Source of the DNA: an uncultured Gammaproteobacteria bacterium
GTDB taxonomy: Bacteria > Patescibacteriota > Microgenomatia > Daviesbacterales > UBA10151
Direction: 5' to 3'
Assembly: GCA_964625535.1 (NCBI GenBank)
Contig: CAZVEX010000003.1
Location: 55,524-119,523, forward strand
Length of the DNA stretch: 64,000 nt
Below, piece after piece: positions 46,407 to 61,700 of this stretch. Under the pieces are notes generated by a model. That model ran no database searches. It was not told where the DNA came from and was given only the letters and a program-made list of their open reading frames with translations. How positions within the stretch are numbered: position 1 is the first letter of the stretch; every line of letters begins with the position of its first letter. Position numbers and translations under genes: made by a program.

Positions 46407-46482
46407 TTGACAAATTACTCAAATAATTTTATGGTAAGAAGGTATCTCGGACTGAAGCAGACGGCAGTCCGAGATTTTTTAT
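46407..46482 (+). promoter_or_regulatory. Promoter-like TTGACA box followed ~30 nt later by intrinsic-terminator-like hairpin TCTCGGACTG-N11-CAGTCCGAGA + T6
   Basis: Seen directly. The hairpin is followed by a U-run on the plus strand only, and there is no upstream plus-strand gene. It is a candidate attenuator or very short transcript in the 5' region of the ATP synthase operon. Confidence 0.4.
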
Positions 46483-46522
46483 CTTCTATTTGATTTTTAC
46501 CACTTTCCTGTTGTACTTTTAA

Positions 46523-47368
<846 letters not shown>

Positions 47369-47382
47369 ACTCTTGACTTATC

Positions 47383-48063
47383 TTGTCGTATTATCTACTT
47401 ATGTCCAATCTGCCCGTTGATCCGGCTGTTTTAATAGCTTCGGCAATCGCCCTGGTGACCACCATTCTCTATCTCCGTGAATACAACTTGAGAAGAAAGG
47501 ATCACTCTCAAGAGGAAAAAGGCTGGGAAACGCTGCACCAGTCCATCAAAAAATCCCAGGCCATTTTAGGTCAGGCCGAACTGGAAGGAATCAAGGTAGC
47601 CGCCGAAACCAAGTTTGAAACCTCTAAATTAGAAAAAGAATATTCAAGGCAACTCTCGGCAATTATCAATCAGTCTCAAAGCGCCATCACAGCTGCCCAG
47701 AATCAACTGCTACAATTCATGCAGGATTTACAAAAAAGGAGCGAGGAGTTTGAACAAGCCAGCAGAAGTAGCGGACAACAGAGGATTAATCAGCTTTTTG
47801 AAAGATTAGAAACAAAATTGTCTGATTTTTTGATACAAACAGAGCAAAAAACTACCTCCTCTATTGAGTTGGAGCTTAAAGCAACCAGACAACTCCTGGA
47901 TACTTATAAAAGCGGGCAGCTAAAACTGATTGATGAAAATATTATTGCCATGATGGAGCAAACGCTAAACATTGTTTTAGGAAAGAAATTATCCCTAAAG
48001 GACCAGTTAGAACTCGTTTATGAGGCTCTGGAAAGAGCTAAAATAGATAAATTTATAATTTGA
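47383..48063 (+). CDS. atpF: F-type ATP synthase subunit b-like (N-terminal TM + long coiled coil)
   Basis: TM helix AVLIASAIALVTTILYL followed by a ~180-aa charged helical region. Its position before the delta subunit supports the call. Confidence 0.6.
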   Translation: MSYYLLMSNLPVDPAVLIASAIALVTTILYLREYNLRRKDHSQEEKGWETLHQSIKKSQAILGQAELEGIKVAAETKFETSKLEKEYSRQLSAIINQSQSAITAAQNQLLQFMQDLQKRSEEFEQASRSSGQQRINQLFERLETKLSDFLIQTEQKTTSSIELELKATRQLLDTYKSGQLKLIDENIIAMMEQTLNIVLGKKLSLKDQLELVYEALERAKIDKFII

Positions 48064-48075
48064 AATGGCTCTCTT

Positions 48076-48558
48076 ATGGACCAATTACTAAACACTATTT
48101 TAAGGCAAACTTATACTCTAAACCAGCTTAAACATAGGCTTTCTATACTTAAACTCAAATTTTTACAATATTTTTTTGGAACAGAAAAGAAACAAAGCTT
48201 GTTATCCGAAAGCGATTTGATGTGGTTAAAATCACTGCCGCCTGATTTTTCAAAAAACATAAACCAGGATAATGTTTATTCAGTCTTTGAAGATTTAGAA
48301 AAGAAAATAAATTCTATGCCGGTTTTAACCATGTATCTTACCTTTGAACCGGATGAATTAAGTTTAACTCAAATTGGAGAAATGACTAGAAAAACTTTCA
48401 ATAACTTAACGCTTATTTTGGATATAAAATATGATCCAAGACTGCTGGCCGGCGCAGCCTTAAGCTTCAAAGGAATGTACAGAGATTATTCTCTTCGGTC
48501 AAGGATTGGAGAAAGAAAACTGGCAATTTTACAGAGTTTCAAAAAGTTCCTAAGATGA
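48076..48558 (+). CDS. atpH: F-type ATP synthase subunit delta (OSCP)
   Basis: C-terminal LTLILDIKYDPRLLAGAALSFKGMYRDYSLRSRIGERKL matches the OSCP VDPSLIGG...DxS...L pattern. Confidence 0.65.
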   Translation: MDQLLNTILRQTYTLNQLKHRLSILKLKFLQYFFGTEKKQSLLSESDLMWLKSLPPDFSKNINQDNVYSVFEDLEKKINSMPVLTMYLTFEPDELSLTQIGEMTRKTFNNLTLILDIKYDPRLLAGAALSFKGMYRDYSLRSRIGERKLAILQSFKKFLR

Positions 48559-50018
48559 CTACTCCAAATCTAACGCAAGAAATAGGATATGTAGTCTCCA
48601 TACGAGATTTTCTAATCCATTTAAGTGGGTTTCCATCTATTAGAGTAAACGATATTGTTGTTTCGGAATCCGGCAGCAGGGGTTGGATCAACTCCATTAG
48701 CCCAAACCTGGTAGAGGTTTTAATGCTGGATGAAGGAAAAATTACCCCAAAGCAGCAATTTCGACGGACAAGAGATCGCTTGGGACTTCGGGTTGGGGAG
48801 TTTTTGTTGGGACGGGCTATTAACCCTTTGGGCGTACCTATAGACGGAAAAGGGTTGTTGTCAAAAGTTCAGGTTTCGGAAATTCTAGAGCTAGAACAGG
48901 AAGCACCCGGAATTGAAAGCAGACAATTCATCAGTAAACAGTTTTTAACAGGGATCACTTTGATTGATAACCTAATTCCTTTAGGACGAGGTCAGAGAGA
49001 ATTAATTTTAGGAGATGCGCACTCCGGCAAGACCGGATTTTTATTGGATCTAATTATAAATCAAAAAAATACCGGTGTAATTTGTATTTACGCCTCCATC
49101 GGTAAACCCTCCGTTGCAGTTAGAAATTTAATCGATGTTTTAAGAAACAATAAAGCATTAGATTACAGCGTGATTATTGCAGCCTCATCCTCCGAACCAG
49201 CCCCATTAATCTTTCTTACACCCAAAACAGCTTTTACGGTTGCCGAGTATTTTCAAAGAAAAGGCCGAGATGTACTTTTAATTTTAGATGATTTGGGAAC
49301 TCATGCCAAAATTTATAGAGAAATTGCCCTTTTGGGTAACAAAGCTCCAGGAAGAGAGTCTTATCCCGGTGATATTTTTTATCAGCATGCGCATCTTTTA
49401 GAACGGGCCGGAAATTTTTTACCCGAGTTTGGGGGGGGCTCTATCACCGCCCTCCCGGTCATTGAACTTAGCTTAAATGATTTTACTACCTTAATACCCA
49501 CTAATCTAATGTCTATGACAGACGGCCATCTGTTGTTTAAGGCCAGCTTGCACTCTCAAGGACAAACGCCGGCCATTGATATTTCCCTATCTGTTTCCAG
49601 AGTAGGCAGACAGACTCAAGATCGGGTCAGCAATTTACTGTCCATAAAAATAAGGCAAATACTCTCCGAGGCAGCGGATTTAGAGACAATCTCCCGTTTT
49701 TCTTCGGAATTACCTCCTGAAACACAGCTCATTCTACAAAGGCGGGATCAAATCATGGAACTCTTAAAACAAGAGCCTCTGACGCCAACGCCTAAACCAA
49801 TCCAAAACATTTTTTTGGCACTCCCTTTTACCACCTTTATGAAAGGAAAAAATCACATCTTTTTAGAAAAAAACAAAAAAAGCCTGGGGCAGGCTTTTTT
49901 AACTAACCCCGCCCTTTTATCCATCAGTCGATCAATAAAAAATTTGAAAACAGATACGGAGTTGATAAAACTTTTGGAAGGAGTAGGACCAGTTTTGGCA
50001 AAATTGTGCCCAACATAA
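48555..50018 (+). CDS. atpA: F-type ATP synthase subunit alpha
   Basis: Walker A GDAHSGKTG (GDRQTGKT variant). The IPLGRGQRELILGD region is typical of alpha subunits. Confidence 0.85.
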   Translation: MTTPNLTQEIGYVVSIRDFLIHLSGFPSIRVNDIVVSESGSRGWINSISPNLVEVLMLDEGKITPKQQFRRTRDRLGLRVGEFLLGRAINPLGVPIDGKGLLSKVQVSEILELEQEAPGIESRQFISKQFLTGITLIDNLIPLGRGQRELILGDAHSGKTGFLLDLIINQKNTGVICIYASIGKPSVAVRNLIDVLRNNKALDYSVIIAASSSEPAPLIFLTPKTAFTVAEYFQRKGRDVLLILDDLGTHAKIYREIALLGNKAPGRESYPGDIFYQHAHLLERAGNFLPEFGGGSITALPVIELSLNDFTTLIPTNLMSMTDGHLLFKASLHSQGQTPAIDISLSVSRVGRQTQDRVSNLLSIKIRQILSEAADLETISRFSSELPPETQLILQRRDQIMELLKQEPLTPTPKPIQNIFLALPFTTFMKGKNHIFLEKNKKSLGQAFLTNPALLSISRSIKNLKTDTELIKLLEGVGPVLAKLCPT

Positions 50019-50019
50019 A

Positions 50020-52546
<2,527 letters not shown>

Positions 52547-52618
52547 TTCCACTCCTGATCCATTTTGTTCTAAATTTCTGATATAGTTTGTTATATCCCC
52601 TTACTATAATAATAACAC

Positions 52619-52713
52619 TTGACAAACCTATGTAAATCTGTGTACGATGGATTAAGAATCTATGCATGATAAGCAGATTTGCATAGATTTTAGGCAGACG
52701 GAACCTAATTTGT
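52619..52713 (+). promoter_or_regulatory. Candidate promoter (TTGACA ... TACGAT) and 9-bp inverted repeat ATCTATGCA-N14-TGCATAGAT upstream of the giant gene
   Basis: TTGACA at 52620-52625 with a weak -10 about 18 nt downstream. A perfect 9-bp inverted repeat lies ~30 nt upstream of the ATG at 52714. Confidence 0.35.
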
Positions 52714-55700
52714 ATGAAAAATCCGTCTGTCAACTACCTCAAAATTGGTCAAGCCGCCAAGGCTTTAGGCGTTTCCATTGATACCCTCCGAAGATGGGAA
52801 AGGAGTGGAAAAATTGAAACCATCAGAACTCCGGGAGGAACAAGATTATACTCCCTGACCCATCTTAAAAAAATCAATCCTAAATCAGTTCAAGACTTTC
52901 AGGCTACAGGGCAGACTACAGAAGAACTGCTAAAAATCCAGGAAAATCCAGAAAGACTCTATGAGCCAGAGAATCAGAACATCGGATATTCTGATATATC
53001 AGATCTATCCGAAAAGAAAAAATCTTCCCTGGTCAATAAATTCCTGATTGGCACCGGAGTACTTTCAGTCATTACTCTGATCGTCACCTCCTGGATTACA
53101 GCTTCTTACCTGACTCGACCCAAAGAAACAGCACAGTTTTTCAAAAATAACATTGCCACTCCCCTTTTGAAACCGTTTCATATCCTTGCCGAAGAAACAA
53201 TCGCTGTAATTAACCCCAAAAAGGCTAAAGAACTGGGGTTTATTCCTCATGAAAAACCCCCTCCGATACCCTATACCCTAAACCCTAAACCCTCTTTTAA
53301 TGTCCTGGCTGTCACGGCCAGTCCTCAATTTTTAGAGGTCAATAGCGATACTCAAATTAACGGTTCGTTATTTGTGCGTGATAGCATCAATGATCTTATT
53401 TTGGAAGCCACACCATCTGCCTCAACTTTTGAAATGATTTCAGGAGATACCATATTAACTGTAACAAACAGTAGCACAATAGATCAAAACTTATCCACAG
53501 CCTCTTCTCCCAGCTTTGATACGCTTAATCTGACAGCTAACAATAACCAACTAATCTTTCAATCAGGCGGGCCAACCGGTACTTTAACCTGGACCCCAAC
53601 TGCCGCAAGAATCATTACCCTTCCCGATGCCACAACAACCCTGGTGGGAACGGACACTACTCAAACATTAACTAATAAATCGCTATCCGGTTCGTCAAAC
53701 ACTTTTACCAGTATTCCCAACTCCGGCCTATCCAACTCCAAAGTAACAGTCACAGCCGGCACTAATCTTTCCGGGGGCGGAGATGTATCGCTTGGCGGAT
53801 CCATCACTCTAAGCCTGGCATCATCTCCTTCAGTATCCGGAGTCATACAACTGGCAGATGGCACAGCTGCAGCTCCTTCTTTAACTTTCACTAATGACAC
53901 TGACACAGGACTATATCGAATCGGCTCAAACAGCATCGGCTTAATCACCGGTGGCTCTGCCACCTCCGGCATTACCATTAACTCATCCGGTAATGTGGGG
54001 GTGGGAACTATCAGTCCCACCACTGCCTTGTATGTAGTTGGCGCCGGTACCATTACCGGCAACCTGACAGTTGATACAAATGTAGGCATTGGTACTTCTG
54101 TTACCCCTTCTGCCAAGCTGGGAGTGGTCGGAAATGTGGGCATTGGAAATAGCTTCGCCTTTGCCAATGTGCCTGTTAATGGCCTGGCTGTACAGGGTAA
54201 TGTAGGTATTGGCACTACCACTCCTGATTATCCTTTGCATGTAATTGGCAATGTGGGTATTGGTAATTCTGCATTAATAAACGGTTTAACTACAGCGCTT
54301 GGTGGGCTGCGGGTTAACGGATTTTCTGATTTAACTGGTAATGTGGGGATAGGGCAATCATTAACAGTATCCTCTACCGGAGCGTTCAGATTATCCGGAC
54401 AAAACTGTTCCACCTTAACAGGAGGAGGTAAGTTAACCACAGATGCATCTGGTAATGTATTCTGCAGCGCTGATTCAGGTTCTGGAATAACATCAGGTTC
54501 AGGAGTAGCTGGAGCAGTCACTTTCTGGGACAGTGCCAATACTTTATCCAATTCAGTTGCCAACTTTTACTGGGATTCTACTAACTATAGATTGGGTATA
54601 GGTACATCTTCTCCCGGAGGATCATTAATAGTCCAAACCGGTAATGTAGGAATAGGTATATCTGCCCCATCTCAAGTATTACAGGTTAATACTGGAGCCA
54701 ATTCTGTAGTGGTAACAAGTGGTGGCAATGTGGGGATAGGTATTACCACTCCTGATTATCCTTTGCATGTAATTGGTAATGTGGGTATTGGTAATTCTTT
54801 AACAGTCAACAATCTCTCCAATCTGCTGGGAGGACTGCGAGTTAATGGATTTTCTGACTTAACTGGTAATGTGGGGATAGGTGGATCATTAAATGTTTCT
54901 TCTTTATCCACTTTCCTCTCATCCATCCTGGGAGCTGACGGATCAGTTAGTGCTCCTGCATATTCATTTAATCTGGATACGGATACAGGCATATTCAGGC
55001 CGGGAACTAATGCTTTGGGACTGGCCACAGGTGGATCATCAAGATTAACTGTAACAGCAGCAGGACTGATTGGCATAGGTATTACCTCCCCAGCTGCCAC
55101 TTTCCAGGTTAATTCCGGGTCCTCATCTACAGTTATTACCTCAACAGGGAATTTAGGGATAGGCACCACTTCCCCCAGGATGCCATTGGAGGTAGTAGGT
55201 AATGGTACATTTTCTGCCCTGTTTACCAATGGCAATATCGGCATTGGTACCACAGCTCCTGTGGCAAGCTTGTCTGTTGCAGGTAATGTGGGAGTGGGTG
55301 GAACTTCTGCCGGAGCTGCATATAACTTTGATGTCTGGGGAACAGGCAGAATAACAGGAGCCTTAACAGTGGGAGGGAATCTGGGCATTGGTGGAACAGC
55401 CAATATTGACAGTTTAACCTACGGCTTGGGAGGATTAAGGGTTAATGGACTGGCTGATTTAACTGGTAATGTGGGGATAGGTGGATCATTAAACTTAACT
55501 TCGCTTGCTTCATTTAGCTCAAATTTGCTGGTTCAAGGCGGTGATATTGATACTTCTGCCTCCACTTTTAATGTGGCCTCATCAGCTACCACCCTAAATT
55601 TGGCCGGAGGATCATCCAATACAGGATGTACTATTGACGGATCAGGTAATATAACCTGTACCGGCAATATTGGCGGCGGCGGTACCGGTACGCAGGGATT

Positions 55701-58700
55701 TTGGGGCAGAGCCACAACTCCGGTAAATGTAATCTATCCTGCCACTCAAACAGATGTTTTAGGCACATTTGGTAATGTGGGGATAAATACCACTAATCCT
55801 CAAGGGGCATTGGTAGTTTTAACTGGTAATGTAGGTATAGGTATATCTGCCCCATCTCAAGTATTACAGGTTAATACTGGAGCCAATTCTGTAGTGGTAA
55901 CAAGTGGTGGCAATGTGGGGATAGGTATTACCACTCCTGATTATCCTTTGCATGTAATTGGTAATGTGGGTATTGGTAATTCTTTAACAGTCAACAATCT
56001 CTCCAATCTGCTGGGAGGACTGCGAGTTAATGGATTTTCTGACTTAACTGGTAATGTGGGGATAGGTGGATCATTAAATGTTTCTTCTTTATCCACTTTC
56101 CTCTCATCCATCCTGGGAGCTGACGGATCAGTTAGTGCTCCTGCATATTCATTTAATCTGGATACGGATACAGGCATATTCAGGCCGGGAACTAATGCTT
56201 TGGGACTGGCCACAGGTGGATCATCAAGATTAACTGTAACAGCAGCAGGACTGATTGGCATAGGTATTACCTCCCCAGCTGCCACTTTCCAGGTTAATTC
56301 CGGGTCCTCATCTACAGTTATTACCTCAACAGGGAATATAGGTATAGGGATAACTACAGCCAATTCTGCCTTAACAGTTAATGGTGGAGCAGTGATTGGT
56401 ACTGGATATAACTTAACTGCTCCCACCAATGGCCTACTGGTCCAGGGTCTGGTGGGAATTGGTACCACAGCTCCTGTGGTAGCCCTGTCTGTTGCAGGTA
56501 ATGTGGGAGTGGGTGGAACTTCTGCCGGAGCTGCATATAACTTTGATGTCTGGGGAACAGGCAGAATAACAGGAGCCTTAACAGTGGGAGGGAATCTGGG
56601 CATTGGTGGAACAGCCAATATTGACAGTTTAACCTACGGCTTGGGAGGATTAAGGGTTAATGGACTGGCTGATTTAACTGGTAATGTGGGGATAGGTGGA
56701 TCATTGACAGTTTCCGGACCAACCAGACTAAATGGATTAAGTCTAACTCTGGGAGCCGACAGTACAGGTGACATATTTTATAGAGATGCTACCGGTATTA
56801 TTGCCAGACTGCCTATTGGTATTTCAGGCCAGAGTTTAGCCATCTCATCCGGCATACCTACCTGGACCGATACCACCTCCTTTACCTCTGCTGCAGGATG
56901 GGTAGACGCAGGAGCATATTTGAGACTTTTGACCATGGGAGATAATGTGGGGATTGGAACCACTGCTAGTCAAGACCCAATAGGAAAACTTCACTTAAGA
57001 GGCAATGCCGATTCAACAGCGTTAACTTTTGTTACTACCAATAATGCTAATTCTAGTTTTGGATTGTCTGTTTTGGACAGTGGCAATGTGGGTATTGGAA
57101 CTACCTTACCTCAAGGGTCCCTAGTTATCCCTTCCGGTAATGTAGGAATAGGTATATCTGCCCCATCTCAAGTATTACAGGTTAATACTGGAGCCGATTC
57201 TGTGGTGGTAACAAGTGGTGGCAATGTGGGGATTGGCATAACCACTCCTCTTTTCCCTCTTCATGTTTTGGGTAATGTGGGGATTGGATCATCTTTAACA
57301 GTCTCCTCTGCGGCCGCATTAACTACTCTTAACGTATCCGGTATCTCATCTCTTGCCGGTAATGTTGGTATTGGTAATTCTCTAACAGTCAACAACCTCT
57401 CCAATCTGCTGGGAGGACTGCGTGTTAATGGGTTTTCTGACCTGACAGGTAATGTTGGGGTAGGCGGAAGCTTTACGGCTTCCGGACCAACCAGATTAAA
57501 CGGGTTAAGCCTGACTCTGGGAGCCGACAGTACAGGTGACATATTTTATAGAGATGCTACCGGTATTATTGCCAGACTGCCTATTGGTATTTCAGGCCAG
57601 AGTTTAGCCATCTCATCCGGCATACCTACCTGGACCGATACCACCTCCTTTACCTCTGCTGCAGGATGGGTAGACGCAGGAGCATATTTGAGACTTTTGA
57701 CCATGGGAGATAATGTGGGGATTGGAACCACTGTTGGTCAAGATCCTTATGCAAAACTGCACGTCAGAGGAAACGCCACAACCACAGGCCTGTCTTTCCT
57801 CACCACAGACAACAATAATACTCAAAGGTTTGCCATCCTGGATAATGGCAATGTGGGTATAGGCACAACAGCCCCTAATGCCACTTTGTCTATTCAGGGA
57901 AATGTTGGGATAGGGTTTACAGGAGTAAACCAGGTTATCCCCTCTAATGGCCTGGCAGTATCAGGTAATGTAGGTATTGGTGTAACCACTGCTAATTCTA
58001 CCTTAGCTATATCAGGTAATGGAGTTTTTGGAGCAGGATTTGCCGGGATGTCAGCTACCACCAACGGATTATTAGTAGAGGGTAGCGTTGGTATTGGTAT
58101 TTCTGTCCCCTCCCAAACCTTCCAGGTAGGATCTGCAGCTAACTCCTTAGTCTTTACTTCAGGAGGTAATTTGGGTGTAGGTATCACCACCCCCTTAAAT
58201 ACTTTGGATGTGGTAGGTACTACTCAACTAAGAGGAACAGGTGGAGTAGTTGGCTTGGCAGTCACCAATGATGGCAGAGTCGGTATTGGCAGGACCAATC
58301 CGGGTTCAACCTTGGCATTGGCTGTACAGGGTAATGTGGGTATTGGCGTAACTACGGCTAATTCTACCTTAGCTATATCAGGTAATGGAGTCTTTGGTAC
58401 AGGATATGCAGGAATGGCAGGACCAACCAATGGCCTGCTGGTCCAAGGTCTGGTGGGAATTGGTACCACAGCTCCTGTGGCAAGCTTGTCTGTTGCAGGT
58501 AATGTGGGAGTGGGTGGAACTTCTGCCGGAGCTGCATATAACTTTGATGTCTGGGGAACTGGCAGATTAACAGGGGCATTAACAGTAGATGGTAATGTGG
58601 GAGTGGGAGGATCATTAAATGTATCATCTCTTACAACATTATCATCAAATCTGAATGTAAGTGGAGTAATTCTAAATTCTGCCGGTTCCGAAGCTGCCCC

Positions 58701-61700
58701 CTCATACACTTTTAACGGTGATACGGATACCGGCATGCTGGTCCAGGGAGCCAATGACCTTATTCTCGCTACAGCCGGGGTAAAACGCCTTAGGATGGAT
58801 CCTAGTGGCCGATTTGAATTTATTTCAGGAGCTGCTACTTCTGCCAATCCTTTTTATTTTAGTGCCGGTGACATAACTGCGGCCAGCGGAGGAAATGTTT
58901 ATCAATTCAACAGTCCTACTATCACTCATACCAATAATATCACCAATCAGGGAATGGCCTATTTTGCAAATAACACCATCACCTCCTCATCTGCAGTCAC
59001 TGTCACTAATGCCGGCACCATCTGGATAAATGATATCCCTTCCGGGGGAGGCAGCAACACTGTAACCTATTCTGCAGGATTATATGTCAATCAGACAGGA
59101 GGAGGAAACAGGGTAACTAATGGTTATGGAATTTATGTCAATGCCCCAACAGGAGCCACTAATAATTATGCTGCTACTTTTTTGGGAGGTAATGTGGGGA
59201 TAGGGACTTCTTTCCCCTCCCAAACCTTTCAGGTTAATTCCGGAGCAAATACTTTTGTAATTAACTCATCGGGTAATTTAGGAATTGGCACTTCTGTCCC
59301 CAATGCTAAGTTATCCATCCAGGGTAATGTAGGGATAGGATATACAGGAGCCTCTCAAGTAATTCCCTCCAATGGCCTGGCAGTTTCAGGTAATGTAGGT
59401 ATAGGTATAACTACAGCAAACTCTACCCTGTCTGTAGCAGGAGGGGCCCATATAGGCAGTTTAAGACAGGGTATAGCTGCCCCCACTGATGGTCTGTTTG
59501 TAGATGGGAATGTGGGAATTGGGGCTACTACTTCTACTAATCTCTTGGATGTCTGGGGAGCAACCAATATAACAGGTAATCTAACCTTGGGTGGCGTATC
59601 TTTAGTATCGGATGGTACAGCTTCTGCCCCCGGATATTCATTCTCCGGCGATACTAATACAGGATTATATAGATTTGCATCTGATGGAATAGCTTTAATT
59701 ACCGGCGGCATATCCTCAAAATTGCTGTCCTTAAATTCCTCCGGTAATGTAGGTGTGGGAACTACCAGCCCGCAAGGCCCATTACATGTAACAACTGCCT
59801 CCGATGAAGTATTTCTGGTCAAGGGACATCAAACCTTAAGCACCGGTATTACTCTTAATGCGATAGATAATGGAAATAGTGCTAATGTCCCAATAGAATT
59901 TCGGGCAAGTCGTTTTGATTTTGAAGCGGGTAATGTGGGTATTGGGGCAACCACTGCCGCATATAATCTGGATGTTTGGGGAATAGGCAGGATAACTTCT
60001 GCCTTAACAGTGGGAGGGAATTTAGGCATTGGTACTTCTTTAACTGTGGATTCAGGAGTATCTTTGGCTTCTTCTTTACGGGTGGTGGGAAATTCACAAC
60101 TGTCCACTCTGTCTACCTCCGGAGACATTACCAATGCCGGGGTGTTTCTTTCATCTGACGGCACAGCCTCTGCTCCCGGATATTCTTTCTCCGGTGATAC
60201 CAATACCGGTATCTTTAGACCAAGTACTGATGCTTTGGGGCTGACCACAGGTGGTTCATCCAGATTAACTGTAACAGCAGCAGGTTTGGTGGGTATTGGC
60301 ATCACCTCCCCGGCTGCCACGTTCCAGGTTAATTCCGGGGCAAACTCTACAGTCATTAACTCATCCGGGAATGTAGGGATAGGCATGACCTCCCCCACCC
60401 AGCTTTTGGATGTGGCAGGGATTGCCAGATTAAGAGGTTCCGAAGGAACTATTGGATTAGTAGTGGTTGGAGGAGGTAATGTAGGCATTGGCACCACTGC
60501 TCCTGCTGCCAGACTTGATTTAGCAGGAGGACTGGGTTTTGCTCCTCCTTCCAATCCCAGATATATTGGAGGTGCAGATCCGGAAGGAGCTGCCGGAGAT
60601 GACACAATTATCACTTTGTCTCTGGCCGGCCGCTACGGCTATGTGGGTAAATCAAATAATGCCGGTACCTGTTCCTCCTCCGATCGAACCGGCTGTGAGT
60701 TTCAAATCTGGGATCTGTCAGATCCCACCAATCCCTCTTTTGTAGGCGGGGTCGATCTGGGGGCAGCAGGATCAGCTCTTTTTGTGGACGGAAAATATGC
60801 CTATCTGGGCGGGGCTTCCAATACCGGAGCATGTAATGCTTCCACCAGTACGGGTTGTACTGTACGGATTTATGATATATCTAATCCCTCCTCTCCGACT
60901 TATGTCGGAGGAATAAAAACCATCACCAACGACGGCACCGGCTCTCAAGGAATGGGTAACAGTGCTGCTGGTCAACGGCATATTTTTGTTTCCGGCCGCT
61001 ACGCTTATCTGGCCTTGGAGGATGCAACTGCCGGACAAAGCTGTAGCGCTTCCAATCTGGACGGCTGTGAGTTCCAAATTTGGGACATCTCCAATCCCGC
61101 CGCACCAATATCTATCAGCGGGACAGACTCCGGCGGTTCGGGCGATGATGCCAGAGGAGTTTATGTGCAGGGCCGTTATGCTTATCTTTGGAAAAATGCC
61201 AATGCGGGCACCTGTTCAGCAACTGACAAAACAGGTTGCGAAGTGCAAATTTATGATATTGTTAATCCATCCAGCCCGCTTTATATGGGTGGTTATAACA
61301 GCGGTCTGTCGCACTACACTCTGATCGTTTCAGGCCGTTATGCATATACGAATACCGGTACTGGTACCGCCAGTTTTTTGGTGATTGATATTTCCAATCC
61401 TGCCAACCCCACTTTAACTGCCACCGTGAATGCGAGTGTTGCCGGTTATGATATAGCCCTGGCCGGAAGATATCTTTATCAGGTCGGGAACACTGGCAGA
61501 CTGCATGTTTTTGATCTTTCCAACCCCTCCAATCCAATACAGATTGCCAACCCTATAGCTGGAGGAGGAGGATCCAGTTTCGCTGTAGCAGTAAGTGGAA
61601 GATATGTCTGGCTGGGCACCAATTCCAGCAGTACCGGCACCTGTTCCCAGAGTGATTTTACCGGCTGTGAGCTGGAAGTGTGGGATCTGGGAGGATTTGA

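Noticed and set aside
54641-57735. Possible CRISPR array, suggested by regularly recurring near-identical segments
   Set aside because: The repeats are 200-500 bp, protein-coding, in one continuous ORF, and of unequal spacing. There are no short 25-40 bp repeats with unique spacers and no cas genes.
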